DNA from: Candidatus Dojkabacteria bacterium
GTDB lineage: Bacteria; Patescibacteriota; Dojkabacteria; JAOAGR01
Assembly: GCA_025999155.1 (NCBI GenBank)
Contig: AP026679.1
Location: 514,135 to 578,134, forward strand
Direction of reading: 5' to 3'
DNA: 64,000 bases
Part shown: one piece after another, positions 1 through 9,890 of the stretch
How the letters are laid out: each line of letters starts with the position of its first letter
Numbering within the stretch: the stretch's first letter is position 1
Notes under the pieces: model-generated
The model's database searches: none
What the model saw: the letters and a program-made list of their open reading frames with translations, nothing else
What the model was told of the DNA's origin: nothing
Translations under genes and position numbers: made by a program

Positions 1-350
1 GCAGTAAGCAGTGGTATTCGCCCGATTTCTTGAAGATAAGCTCTAATAGGATCTGATGTGATGTTTGCGTGTATCTTGCGTAGTATTTTAATTTTTGCTT
101 CTAATGTGAGAGGTTCTTGCATTGCATCATTTGAATCGGCATTGTATTCATCATCAAGACCTATTACCTCAATTTTTTTATGGTACAATTCATAGAATAA
201 CTCCTCTATAACTTTCAGCTGTAATTCAGGCTGGGGGATTAGTGACAAAATATCTTTTTCAGTTAGAAATCCCTGTAGCGAACCTTTCTCTACTAAGTAG
301 TGGATAATTTTCGATAATTTAGATTTTCTTTGCAGTTTAGATTGTTCCAT
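1..350 (-). CDS. rpoD: RNA polymerase sigma-70 factor RpoD, N-terminal part (gene continues beyond window start)
   Basis: Minus-strand ORF, ATG at 348-350, open to position 1. The translation MEQSKLQRKSKLSKIIHYLVEKG...DPIRAYLQEIGRIPLLTA matches sigma-70 region 1.2 (DP[VI]R.YL.EIG..PLLT). Confidence 0.7.
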   Translation of the reverse strand, partial: MEQSKLQRKSKLSKIIHYLVEKGSLQGFLTEKDILSLIPQPELQLKVIEELFYELYHKKIEVIGLDDEYNADSNDAMQEPLTLEAKIKILRKIHANITSDPIRAYLQEIGRIPLLT

Positions 351-491
351 AGGTATAACTACGGCTGACAATTATAAAATATTCTTGACATTTAGTGAAT
401 ATCAGTTTGAATAGAAGCTGACAAAAGATGATTAGAAAGAGAGTAGACGAACATCAAAATCAGAATCTTTATCTACATTAAGAAATTATAG

Positions 492-566
<75 letters not shown>

Positions 567-690
567 ATTATAATAATTAAGTGCTTATAATGCTTATTAT
601 AAAGTGTTAACTGTTATTTGCAAGAAAAACTTTGTTTTATTAATGTACTTTAAATACATATATGTTGTGTTAATATGATATGCGAGTTGT

Positions 691-3084
691 ATGACCGGAT
701 TAGAATTGATAATAGTTTTGGTGTTATTTCTGTTGTTAGTAGGGTGTATCGCTGCATACATATTGTGGATATTGTATCTGGATTCCTCAAGAAGAGCTGT
801 GTACGATGAAATTATTGATGACCAGGTGTACTTTACTGTGACAGTTCCCAGAGATAATGAATATGAGATAGCTAGTGCTGAGCAAATGTTTGCTGGATTG
901 TATTCTCTTTTTGAAAAAAAACCTTTCGGAGGAATTTTTAGTGGACAACATGTCGTATCTTTTGAAATTCTTGCTTTGAAAGATAAGATAAAATTCTATG
1001 TTGTCTGTTCAAAAAAAGTAGCAGACTTGGTAGAAAAACAAATTCTTGGAGCTTATCCTACGGCAGAAGTTCTTCCGAGTACAGATTACAATATCTTTCC
1101 TGAAAAAGGATATGTTGAATATTCAGAATTAAGGTTAGCTAAAGAATCTTATTTCCCAATAGTTTTGTTTGACAAGCTTAACGCAGATCCTATGAATATC
1201 ATTACAAGCACACTAGCGAAAGTTGGCGATGAAGAGGGTATAGCTCTACAGTTTCTAATTACTCCTGCTAGTGATAAATGGCGTAATACTGGACAGAGTG
1301 TACTTAAAAATATAGAGCAGGCTCAAAAAGATCCCGAAAATAAATCAGCTGCTAATCTGCCACCAGATGTTATTCAAGCTATAAGTGCTAAGATAGCGAA
1401 AATCGGTTTTGATACTACGATAAGAATTATTTCTGTAGCTCAGACAAGGGAGATAGCTAAAAATAATCGCTCAAATGTTGAAGCTGCTTTTCAGCAATTT
1501 AATAATCCTCAAGGTAATAGGTTCGCTCCTATTAAATTAAATTTTATTAAGTCATTTTTAAGAAATAGGAACTTGGTTTATGACTTTGTAAATCGTGTGC
1601 CTCCTATTTGGGGTAATGATTCAGTTCTTAGTACAGCTGAGCTCGCAACTATTTTTCATTTCCCAAATAAAAAGGTTGAAACTCCTAATATAGAATGGCT
1701 TACTGCCAAGAAAGCACCTGCAGATGAAACTGTACAATCTCAAGGTCTGTGGCTTGGTACGACTTCATTTCGTGGTCAACATAAGGATGTTGCAATGGGA
1801 AATATTGATGATAGGCGACGTCATTTGTATATCATTGGACAGACAGGTACTGGCAAATCCTATTTTATGCAAAACTTGGCACTGCAGGACATTTATTCTG
1901 GGCATGGTTTGTGTTATATCGACCCTCATGGAGATAGTATAGAATGGATTTTAGAGCGTATTCCCCCGCATCGCATAGAGGATGTTATTTACTGGAATCC
2001 GGGTGATTTCGATAGGCCGTTTGGATTTAATATATTGGATCATCGTAGTGAAGATGAGAAGCATTTCATAGTCAATGCTTTTTATAAAATGATTCAAAAG
2101 CTATTTGACCCGAATAATCAAGGTATTACTGGGCCTATTTTAGAAAGAGCTGTACGAAGTGTTTTGCTTACAGCTATGGCAAAAAAAGGTGGTACTCTAG
2201 TGGAAGCTATGAAGTGCCTGTTGCTTGATTGGGATGTTATCAATGATTTAAAACAGTATACCGATGATCCATTTGTGCTGGACTATTGGGAAAAGGAAAT
2301 ACCTTCTACTCCTGAAAGTAGAAGAGGTGAATTATTAGGTTATTTTACATCAAAGCTTGATAGGTTTCTGAGTAATCGTTTGATGCGTAATATGCTTGGA
2401 CAAAGTGTTTCTTCTTTCGATTTAAGAAATGTGATGGATACCGGTAAGATACTATTAGTTAATTTATCTAAAGGAAAGATTGGAGCTGAAAACTCTGAGT
2501 TTTTAGGTCTTTTGCTAGTTCCTCGCATTTTGTCTTCTGCTATGAGTAGAGTAGATATCCCTATGGAACAAAGAAGAGATTTCTTCTTGTATGTCGATGA
2601 GTTTCAGAACTTTGCTACAGATGATTTTGCTACAATTTTATCTGAAGCAAGAAAATTCAGACTAAATTTGATTGTTGCAAACCAATACATAGGGCAGATG
2701 AAAGAAGAGATTAGAGATGCAGTATTTGGTAATGTTGGTAGTATTATATCGTTCCGTGTTGGTTTGGATGATGCGGAGTATCTTGAAAGAATATTTAGTC
2801 CTGTATTTAATAAGAATGATCTAACAAATATAGAAAATCAAAATGCTTATGTTAAGTTAATGGTAAATGGTAGGTATCCACCTCCTTTTTCAATCCGTAC
2901 AACCTTTAAAACCATGCCAAAAGGTGATAAACGTATACGTGATCTTATTGTACAATTATCTCGTAATGTTTACGGCAGAGATCGTGTAGTTGTAGAACAA
3001 GAAATTTTATTAAGGATGAATCCAAAAAAGAAAGAAGAATTACAAAATCTCAATAATATGAATTCAGTTAACCCAAGCTTCTGA
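691..3084 (+). CDS. Type IV secretion-type AAA ATPase (VirD4/TraG coupling-protein or VirB4-like, DUF87-type) with N-terminal membrane anchor
   Basis: A 797-aa ORF with an N-terminal hydrophobic segment (LELIIVLVLFLLLVGCIAAYILWILYL). Walker A reads IIGQTGTGKS and Walker B reads FFLYVDEFQNF, followed by LIVANQYIGQ. This is the motif layout typical of T4SS coupling/VirB4 ATPases. Confidence 0.55.
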   Translation: MTGLELIIVLVLFLLLVGCIAAYILWILYLDSSRRAVYDEIIDDQVYFTVTVPRDNEYEIASAEQMFAGLYSLFEKKPFGGIFSGQHVVSFEILALKDKIKFYVVCSKKVADLVEKQILGAYPTAEVLPSTDYNIFPEKGYVEYSELRLAKESYFPIVLFDKLNADPMNIITSTLAKVGDEEGIALQFLITPASDKWRNTGQSVLKNIEQAQKDPENKSAANLPPDVIQAISAKIAKIGFDTTIRIISVAQTREIAKNNRSNVEAAFQQFNNPQGNRFAPIKLNFIKSFLRNRNLVYDFVNRVPPIWGNDSVLSTAELATIFHFPNKKVETPNIEWLTAKKAPADETVQSQGLWLGTTSFRGQHKDVAMGNIDDRRRHLYIIGQTGTGKSYFMQNLALQDIYSGHGLCYIDPHGDSIEWILERIPPHRIEDVIYWNPGDFDRPFGFNILDHRSEDEKHFIVNAFYKMIQKLFDPNNQGITGPILERAVRSVLLTAMAKKGGTLVEAMKCLLLDWDVINDLKQYTDDPFVLDYWEKEIPSTPESRRGELLGYFTSKLDRFLSNRLMRNMLGQSVSSFDLRNVMDTGKILLVNLSKGKIGAENSEFLGLLLVPRILSSAMSRVDIPMEQRRDFFLYVDEFQNFATDDFATILSEARKFRLNLIVANQYIGQMKEEIRDAVFGNVGSIISFRVGLDDAEYLERIFSPVFNKNDLTNIENQNAYVKLMVNGRYPPPFSIRTTFKTMPKGDKRIRDLIVQLSRNVYGRDRVVVEQEILLRMNPKKKEELQNLNNMNSVNPSF

Positions 3085-3170
3085 TATAAAAAATATGATA
3101 TGTATAAGTTTGTGATTTATGGCTAATTGATATATAATTCAAAGAGTTTTAGCTTAATAATTTAAGTTGT

Positions 3171-3515
3171 ATGAATGTAAAAGTTATTTCACAAGTAGAG
3201 CAAAAGTATATTAAAAAAGACATACCGGCCTTCAAAGTTGGTGATACAGTAAGATTAGGCTTGAAAGTAGCAGATGCTAAAGCTGGTGAAAGGATTCAAT
3301 ATTTTGAAGGTATTGTGATTGCCATTTCGGGCTCAGGTCTAAGAAAAAACGTTACTGTAAGAAAAATAGGTGCCAATGGAATTGGAGTCGAACGTATTGT
3401 TCCTTTACATGCACCTGTCCTTGCATCGATAGAAAAGGTTGCAGAAAATAAGGCTCGTAGAGCAAAACTATATTATTTGCGTGGTCGAACGGGTAAAGCG
3501 GCAATGACTTTATAA
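3171..3515 (+). CDS. rplS: 50S ribosomal protein L19
   Basis: A 114-aa protein with FKVGDTVRLGLKV..GERIQYFEGIVIA..VTVRKIGANGIGVERIVPLHAPV..RRAKLYYLRGRTGKAA, the canonical L19 signature. Confidence 0.9.
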   Translation: MNVKVISQVEQKYIKKDIPAFKVGDTVRLGLKVADAKAGERIQYFEGIVIAISGSGLRKNVTVRKIGANGIGVERIVPLHAPVLASIEKVAENKARRAKLYYLRGRTGKAAMTL

Positions 3516-3933
3516 TGCATTTTTGATTGCCTGATATTTGATTTGTAGTTTTTGTTGTGAGGTTGGTTATATTTTTGTTTGAGACTTTGCGTCGTCACAT
3601 CTTTCGGTTTTGTGTTTCCTAGTTGATGGCTTTTTGTTAAAGGGAAAGTGGGTCGACAATACATAAATACTTGCTCAAAGCTACAAACATAAAACCACAA
3701 AAAATATAAGTACAATCAACAAAGTTTTTGATCTTGTCCTTGTGCGAAAACTCTGATAACATCCGATAGGATGTTTGATATATTCGTGTCATGTTGTCTT
3801 ATTTTCTAACACAAATAATCGCATTTCGTATAAAATCTAATATTGCTGTACTTGAACTATCTCGATATTTATGCGAGAACAGAATGGTTTTTGTTCCTAT
3901 GTGTTCAAATTATTTAAAAAATAAAAATCAGAT

Positions 3934-6777
3934 ATGTTGAGATCTGTTTTAAGTAAACTTCGCAATAAAATTCCCGGTAATCTTCGCGATAAAATTCTCA
4001 GTAAACTTCATCTTTATTCTACTATTGTAAGTGGTGGTATTAAGCCAGACATAAGAAGGGGAACGAATGAAGGTTTGTATGGTTATATAGATAATTTGAC
4101 AGTTGATGGCATATCCGGGTGGTTCGTAAATTTAAGTGATTTGAACGATAAATCTCTTGCGGTTTTTATAAACGGCATCCAAGTCGGAGAGGTAACACAT
4201 TTCTTTTACAGGCAGGATGTAGCCGATATTATATCAAAAAGAGTCGATTCCGGTTTTTATGTGAACTGGAGCGATTTGAATATTGATAAAGATCTGTTTT
4301 CCAACGATGACTGGAGAGTAAATATTGTTCATTTGAAGACAGGTAAAAGAATTGTTGGTAAATATACAATTACGGAAGAAGAAAAAAATAAAATAAAGAA
4401 AAACTATTCTTCCTCAAGAGTTTTAATTAAAAACTTTGTGGTCCCCCAAAAGGAAGGATTGAAAGTTTGTATAGATAGAGTAATTACGAGTAAAAATTCG
4501 ATACGGCTCACTGGCTCGGTTGTTCATGAAACAAAGCATATAAATAACGTATATATTGAATTAGGTAGCAGACGATTCAAAGCTAAGTACAATATAGAAA
4601 GATTTGAAAATGGAAAATCTCAAAAATCAGGCTTTGTCATTGATCTGAAATTACATGATGTTGGCGAAAAGCCATTGAGATTAGTAGTTGATTTTGGTGA
4701 TAATGAATTTTATAAACTGGATCTTGGAACAGTAGAGCATATAAAGCATAAAAGCAATTGGTCGGATTGTCAAGAGTTAAAAAACTTTGATTATATTCTC
4801 AGTAGGTTTAGAACTCCGAACAAAACTAAGAATGAAAAATTACCTGAAACTATCGACATAATAGTACCTGTATTCAACGCGTACGGTTACCTAGTCAATT
4901 TATTCAAAACTTTATTAGAGAATACTAATGAGCCATATAGATTAATAATCGTAGATGACGCATCTACAGATTATAGAGTCAGAAACTTATTGAGAGAAAT
5001 TTCTGAAGGTCGAGATAATGTGATCCTAATTAGAAATGAAAAGAACTTAGGTTTTGTTTCCTCCGTAAATAAAGGTTTTAGTGTTGCAGAAAATCACGTA
5101 GTTATTGTAAATACAGATGTTGAGCTTCCTTCTGGATGGTTATACAGGCTGGTAAAGCCTATACTGGAGGATAATAGAGTTGCATCTGTCACCCCTTTTA
5201 CAAATGCAGGAACAATATGCAGTTTTCCTGAATTTTTAAAAGATAATGAATTACCCAAAAATCTGGATTATGATCAAATAGACGATATTTTTTCTTCTTT
5301 TGTTGTAGATGATTGCTATATTGAACTTCCTACGGGTGTAGGTTTTTGTATGGGAATCAGTAAAAATGCCCTTAAAGACGTAGGTTTTTTTGATGAGAAA
5401 ACATTTGAAAGAGGTTATGGAGAAGAAAACGATTGGTGTATGCGGGCAAGACAAAAAGGATATAAAAATATATTGGCTCCTAACCTTTTTGTATACCATA
5501 AGCATGGTGGAAGTTTCCAGAAAGAAGAAAAGTTAAGTTTGATTAATCAAAACCTCAAAAGACTTTCGGGATTGCATTCACAGTATTTTGAATTGGTTAA
5601 TGATTTTATAGACGAAGAACCTAATAAAATTATCAGGGACACTGCTTTTCTCTTAAGTGTATGTAAAAATATAGATACTACTTTTATTATAGATCATAAC
5701 ATAGGGGGAGGAGCAAACATATATAGGAATAATCTCGTAAAAGAGAGATTAAAGGAAAACAGAGTTATAATTTTATATACGGAAGATTACTCTTCATCTT
5801 ACTCAACTTTGAAGGTTTTTTATCGAGATATTGAGAAAGAATTTTTCGTTTGGGATTCAGATTTTTTGTTCGATCGATTACAAGGATTTAAGATTGATGA
5901 AATTATTCTTAATAATTTGGTATCTTTTGGAAGACCTCTAGACTTGTTGGGTAATATACGAATGCTAAAAGAAAAGACTTCTGCTAAGCTTGTAGTTAAT
6001 GTGCATGAGTTTTATCTAATATGTCCATCCTATAATCTATTAAATGATAAGGGTAAGTTTTGCGGTGTTCCTGAGGATATCAACATATGTAGGAAATGTT
6101 TAAAAAATAATTTTTTTGCTACAAATGTGGAATGTGATGTATTACTATGGAGAAATAAATGGAGTGAATTGATGAATATTGCTGATCACATTGTATGTTT
6201 TTCTGATAGTTCGAGAGATATAGTTACAAAAGCTTATCCTACGATACCAGAAGATAAGTTTCTTGTAATTCCTCATAGACTCGATGTGCGTCTACGAAAA
6301 GTAAAAATAGAGCCTTCAAAGTATCAAATAAATCTAGGGGTAATTGGTAGTATAAACTACCAAAAAGGCTCAAAAGTCATTTCCGAGTTAGCAAAATATA
6401 TAGATCGAATGCAGTTGCCAGTTAAACTGTTTATCATAGGGGAAGTAAATATGAGTGATATTGAGGAGAGCGTAAGAAAGTCTATACACATTTATGGTCG
6501 TTATGAAAGGCAGAAATTACCTGATATAGTTGAAGAGCTAAATATACATGTTGTTTTCTTCTCTTCGATATGGCCCGAGACGTTTTCATTTGTAGTGGAT
6601 GAAGTAGTATCTATGGGATTGCCCATAATCATATTCGATATTGGGGCACCAGCGGAAAGGATTAAAGCATATACCAAAGCAAAAATTGTTGATATTAACA
6701 ATATGAATGTCGAGAGTTTAATAAATGCAATAAAAGATCTTTATAATGAGGTATACGGTATTAAAATCTTAAGTTAA
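3934..6777 (+). CDS. Large multidomain glycosyltransferase (unassigned N-terminal ~300 aa, central GT-A/GT2 domain, C-terminal GT-B/GT4-like domain)
   Basis: 947 aa. The GT2 core reads IVPVFNAYGYL...RLIIVDDASTD...VNTDVELP. The C-terminal part (…VIGSINYQKGS…PETFSFVVDEVVSMGLPIIIFDIGAPAE…) resembles the GT1/GT4 C-terminal nucleotide-sugar binding half. Confidence 0.65.
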   Translation: MLRSVLSKLRNKIPGNLRDKILSKLHLYSTIVSGGIKPDIRRGTNEGLYGYIDNLTVDGISGWFVNLSDLNDKSLAVFINGIQVGEVTHFFYRQDVADIISKRVDSGFYVNWSDLNIDKDLFSNDDWRVNIVHLKTGKRIVGKYTITEEEKNKIKKNYSSSRVLIKNFVVPQKEGLKVCIDRVITSKNSIRLTGSVVHETKHINNVYIELGSRRFKAKYNIERFENGKSQKSGFVIDLKLHDVGEKPLRLVVDFGDNEFYKLDLGTVEHIKHKSNWSDCQELKNFDYILSRFRTPNKTKNEKLPETIDIIVPVFNAYGYLVNLFKTLLENTNEPYRLIIVDDASTDYRVRNLLREISEGRDNVILIRNEKNLGFVSSVNKGFSVAENHVVIVNTDVELPSGWLYRLVKPILEDNRVASVTPFTNAGTICSFPEFLKDNELPKNLDYDQIDDIFSSFVVDDCYIELPTGVGFCMGISKNALKDVGFFDEKTFERGYGEENDWCMRARQKGYKNILAPNLFVYHKHGGSFQKEEKLSLINQNLKRLSGLHSQYFELVNDFIDEEPNKIIRDTAFLLSVCKNIDTTFIIDHNIGGGANIYRNNLVKERLKENRVIILYTEDYSSSYSTLKVFYRDIEKEFFVWDSDFLFDRLQGFKIDEIILNNLVSFGRPLDLLGNIRMLKEKTSAKLVVNVHEFYLICPSYNLLNDKGKFCGVPEDINICRKCLKNNFFATNVECDVLLWRNKWSELMNIADHIVCFSDSSRDIVTKAYPTIPEDKFLVIPHRLDVRLRKVKIEPSKYQINLGVIGSINYQKGSKVISELAKYIDRMQLPVKLFIIGEVNMSDIEESVRKSIHIYGRYERQKLPDIVEELNIHVVFFSSIWPETFSFVVDEVVSMGLPIIIFDIGAPAERIKAYTKAKIVDINNMNVESLINAIKDLYNEVYGIKILS

Positions 6778-6965
6778 TGTTGTAATTTCCTGCTTGCAGA
6801 CGGCACTTAATGTTTACTTAAACGTAATCTATTCCTGATGGAGCGTATTTGTAAACTTATGCCATGAAGCTTTGGTAAATTCTTAGGGAACGTAACTAAT
6901 AAATTAAATTGGCTTTTAGAAGAGATGTAGTTTTCAGTTATCCATCATTTATATTATGATTTTTG

Positions 6966-8513
6966 TCATTCTAAGTTGCTCACGTTGTATACTCTATTGA
7001 GTGTTTGTTTATATTCATGTTCATTGGGCTTAAGTAATCTTATCGTCCCGTTTTGTCTAAGATCTAATTGATGTGGATGGAGTTTGTAATTTATAAGTTT
7101 ATTCCCATATAGAGTGACTTCGATTGTCATACCTTGCATGGTTTCAATACTCCAATCTTGATCAAACACAAAATTCCCTACAGAATAAAATACTGGTCTA
7201 CCTTCTATATATTCGATTTCCTGGACCCAATGAGGATGATCTCCAAAAATTATATCCGCTCCGTTCTTGATTAGTAAATTAGCTAAGAGTCGTGTATAGT
7301 CTGTTGGCTGAGGAGTATATTCGACACCTCCCCAATGCATGATGACAATTATAAGATCAGGATTTAAATCCTTTGCTTTTTGCATAAAGTATTTTATCCG
7401 CTCAATATTTGGTTCATACTTAATGGTATTACCATTCTCGTCAATTTCCCAGTCAGATATATTCGCGCTTCCTGGATAATTTTTACCAGCCCATTGTTCT
7501 CTACCAGGAGTATCGTTAAATGCTAGATAGGCTATTTTTAACCCATTGATTTCTACGAGTACTGGCTTAGCTGCATCATCATTGTTTATTACTGACGCTC
7601 CTGTATATTTAATGTTGATTTCACTTAGTTTACGTTGAGTATTGGAGAGAGCTTCAACACCCCCATCCATTATATGATTTGATGCAAGAGAAAAAAAATC
7701 AATACCTGAATACTCTATTGCATTCATAAAATCATCTGCTCCTACGAATTGCATGCATTTAATGCATGGTCTTCCTTTCCCTAAAACAGGTGCTTCAAAA
7801 GTACTACTTACAAAGTCCATACTATCAAATAAAGGTTTTGTAGTAAGAAATAACCTCTTGAAATCACCATTAAACTTGTTACGAATGTAATATTCTACTA
7901 GCCGTGCAGGAATCATAGATCCAGTATGACCTATTGTTGTAATCTTAGCTTGTGTAATGTTAGACTCATCTGTTTTTGGTGAAGATGATTCCAATTCTTG
8001 TATGTATTTTAATTTATAGTCTAAAATGTTTGAATTTCTATCCAATATATCAATATTTTCAAATCTAATAGTTTTAAGCCTAAAGTGTAAGTTAGAAAAA
8101 TTTAAGATACCTACTTGATCTATATTAGAGTTTAAGTAACGAGATAATTCATCAAAATTACTGAATAAATCAAATTTAACATTGTAGTCGTACAACAATG
8201 TTTTCAATACCGGTTCATCTTCTTTTAAAATAGCTATCTGTCTATTTTGTAAATCATTAAAAGTTATATTATCAATGTAGCTTTTTATCGCGACCACAGG
8301 AGCAAAATATGTTATTTTTTTGTATTTATAAACTTGATTAGGAGAATCCGGATTTATACTTACAGAAGAAATATCCTGCTTTCTATATTTAGAGTAGCTC
8401 AAAGCAAAACATATACCGAATACAGAGCCTAGTACTAGCAATGAAATCGTAAAAAATATCAGAATACGTCGCATAATTTCCGTATTATAACACTGCACCA
8501 AGCGCTGATACAT
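6966..8513 (-). CDS. capA: CapA/PgsA-family (PGA_cap) capsule-biosynthesis metallophosphoesterase-like protein, membrane anchored
   Basis: 515 aa with an N-terminal TM (ILIFFTISLLVLGSVFGICFAL). The motifs HTGSMIP, FFSLASNHIMDGG, GADIIFGDHPHWVQ and PVFYSVGNFVFDQ match the CapA signature (GHHPHVLQ...FYSLGNF). Confidence 0.7.
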   Translation of the reverse strand: MYQRLVQCYNTEIMRRILIFFTISLLVLGSVFGICFALSYSKYRKQDISSVSINPDSPNQVYKYKKITYFAPVVAIKSYIDNITFNDLQNRQIAILKEDEPVLKTLLYDYNVKFDLFSNFDELSRYLNSNIDQVGILNFSNLHFRLKTIRFENIDILDRNSNILDYKLKYIQELESSSPKTDESNITQAKITTIGHTGSMIPARLVEYYIRNKFNGDFKRLFLTTKPLFDSMDFVSSTFEAPVLGKGRPCIKCMQFVGADDFMNAIEYSGIDFFSLASNHIMDGGVEALSNTQRKLSEINIKYTGASVINNDDAAKPVLVEINGLKIAYLAFNDTPGREQWAGKNYPGSANISDWEIDENGNTIKYEPNIERIKYFMQKAKDLNPDLIIVIMHWGGVEYTPQPTDYTRLLANLLIKNGADIIFGDHPHWVQEIEYIEGRPVFYSVGNFVFDQDWSIETMQGMTIEVTLYGNKLINYKLHPHQLDLRQNGTIRLLKPNEHEYKQTLNRVYNVSNLE

Positions 8514-8570
8514 ATTAATTAGTTTTTTATGTTAGAATATGGAAAAATTTTACTGTGAGAATCCAAAAAG

Positions 8571-9890
8571 GTGGTTGTAATCTATGTTTTAAAACTTTTT
8601 ATTTTTTTATTGAGAACTTTTACTTCTAATTCAGCTACAGCTTTACCTGGTTTGATATTGGAAAGATTTTTTCCGCGGATTGTGAAGAGAATATTTAATC
8701 AATTTAACAAAGTCATATTAATCACTGGCACTAATGGTAAAACTACGACGACTCATATGATTTGTTATTTGCTTCAACAAAATGGAATAAAAACGATAAC
8801 AAATCCAAGTGGTTCTAACCTCATACGTGGAATTATATCTGCTATCGTTGATAGAATGGACATTTTTGGGCGAGTAGATGCTCAAGTTGGTGTTTTTGAA
8901 ATGGAGGAGGGTAGTATTCGGAAAATAATTAAATTTATAAGCCCAGATATCATCGTCGTGACAAATATTTTTAGGGATCAACTCGATGCATATGGAGAAA
9001 TTGATAAAACTTATAAGTATATTAAAGAAGCTGTTGAAGGATCTAATGATCCAATATTAATTTTAAATGGTGATGATTTTCGTGTAGCAGATTTAAAGCA
9101 TTATACTCGAAATACCATTATAGAAATACAAGTGGACCATCAGTATATTTCTCAAATTAAATTAGAAAAAAATCCTTTTGTGGAGAAAACGTCAAACAAT
9201 ACTCTGAATGAAGGTAGATTAGAAAAATTTCTAATTAAAAATGTCAAAGTGGGTCGGGATTTGTCAGTGACGTTTGATTTGTGTGGAGATGTCACAAACT
9301 TTTTAGACAATCGTATAAAAGTACCTGGTTTACATAATGCGATCAATGCTGCTTTGGCTATTTTGACTGTAAGAGAGACACTTTCTTTTCCAAATATGAA
9401 TTTGAATTTAGAAGATTTCAATCCCGTATTTGGTAGAGGGGAAATAATTGAGTTAAAAGATAAAAAGAATGGTATAAATAAAAATTTTCAGATACTTTTA
9501 GCCAAAAATCCGGCAGGGATGAATTTAAATTTACATTTACTTACTCATTGTCCCTTACAGGATGCAGCGGTTTTAATTCTTCTAAATGATAAGATTGCTG
9601 ATGGTCGGGATGTCTCTTGGATCTGGGATGTAGATTTTAGACTTCTAAAAAGATTTGATCCTTCAGATATTTACATTAGTGGTATGAGAAGATGGGATCT
9701 AGCTGTCAGACTAAAATATGAAGGGTTTACAGTGAAAGCAGAAAATATTTTTGACAATATCGAAAAGGCTTTGGTTCAAATTAGGGCATCAAAAATATAT
9801 GTTTTACCAACATATACTGCTATGCTTGAGTTTCGTCATGCCATAAGTAAATTTACACAAGTAAAAGCAATGTGGAGATCCAATGGATAA
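8571..9890 (+). CDS. murT: Lipid II isoglutaminyl synthase subunit MurT (Mur-ligase-like domain + DUF1727)
   Basis: P-loop ILITGTNGKTTTTHM and a Mur ligase central domain with a C-terminal extension. It is immediately followed by, and overlaps 8 nt with, a GatD-like amidotransferase. Confidence 0.7.
   Translation: MVVIYVLKLFIFLLRTFTSNSATALPGLILERFFPRIVKRIFNQFNKVILITGTNGKTTTTHMICYLLQQNGIKTITNPSGSNLIRGIISAIVDRMDIFGRVDAQVGVFEMEEGSIRKIIKFISPDIIVVTNIFRDQLDAYGEIDKTYKYIKEAVEGSNDPILILNGDDFRVADLKHYTRNTIIEIQVDHQYISQIKLEKNPFVEKTSNNTLNEGRLEKFLIKNVKVGRDLSVTFDLCGDVTNFLDNRIKVPGLHNAINAALAILTVRETLSFPNMNLNLEDFNPVFGRGEIIELKDKKNGINKNFQILLAKNPAGMNLNLHLLTHCPLQDAAVLILLNDKIADGRDVSWIWDVDFRLLKRFDPSDIYISGMRRWDLAVRLKYEGFTVKAENIFDNIEKALVQIRASKIYVLPTYTAMLEFRHAISKFTQVKAMWRSNG

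Noticed and set aside
380-412. Plus-strand TTGACA(17 nt)TGAATA promoter-like element
   Set aside because: The -10 is poor (TGAATA). The element points away from rpoD and toward the antisense side of tRNA-Cys. Support is insufficient.
1724-2528. Small internal or antisense ORFs inside the T4SS ATPase gene (1724..1942 +, 2340..2528 -), and similar ones inside other large genes
   Set aside because: They are nested within a strongly supported longer CDS and there is no independent evidence for them.
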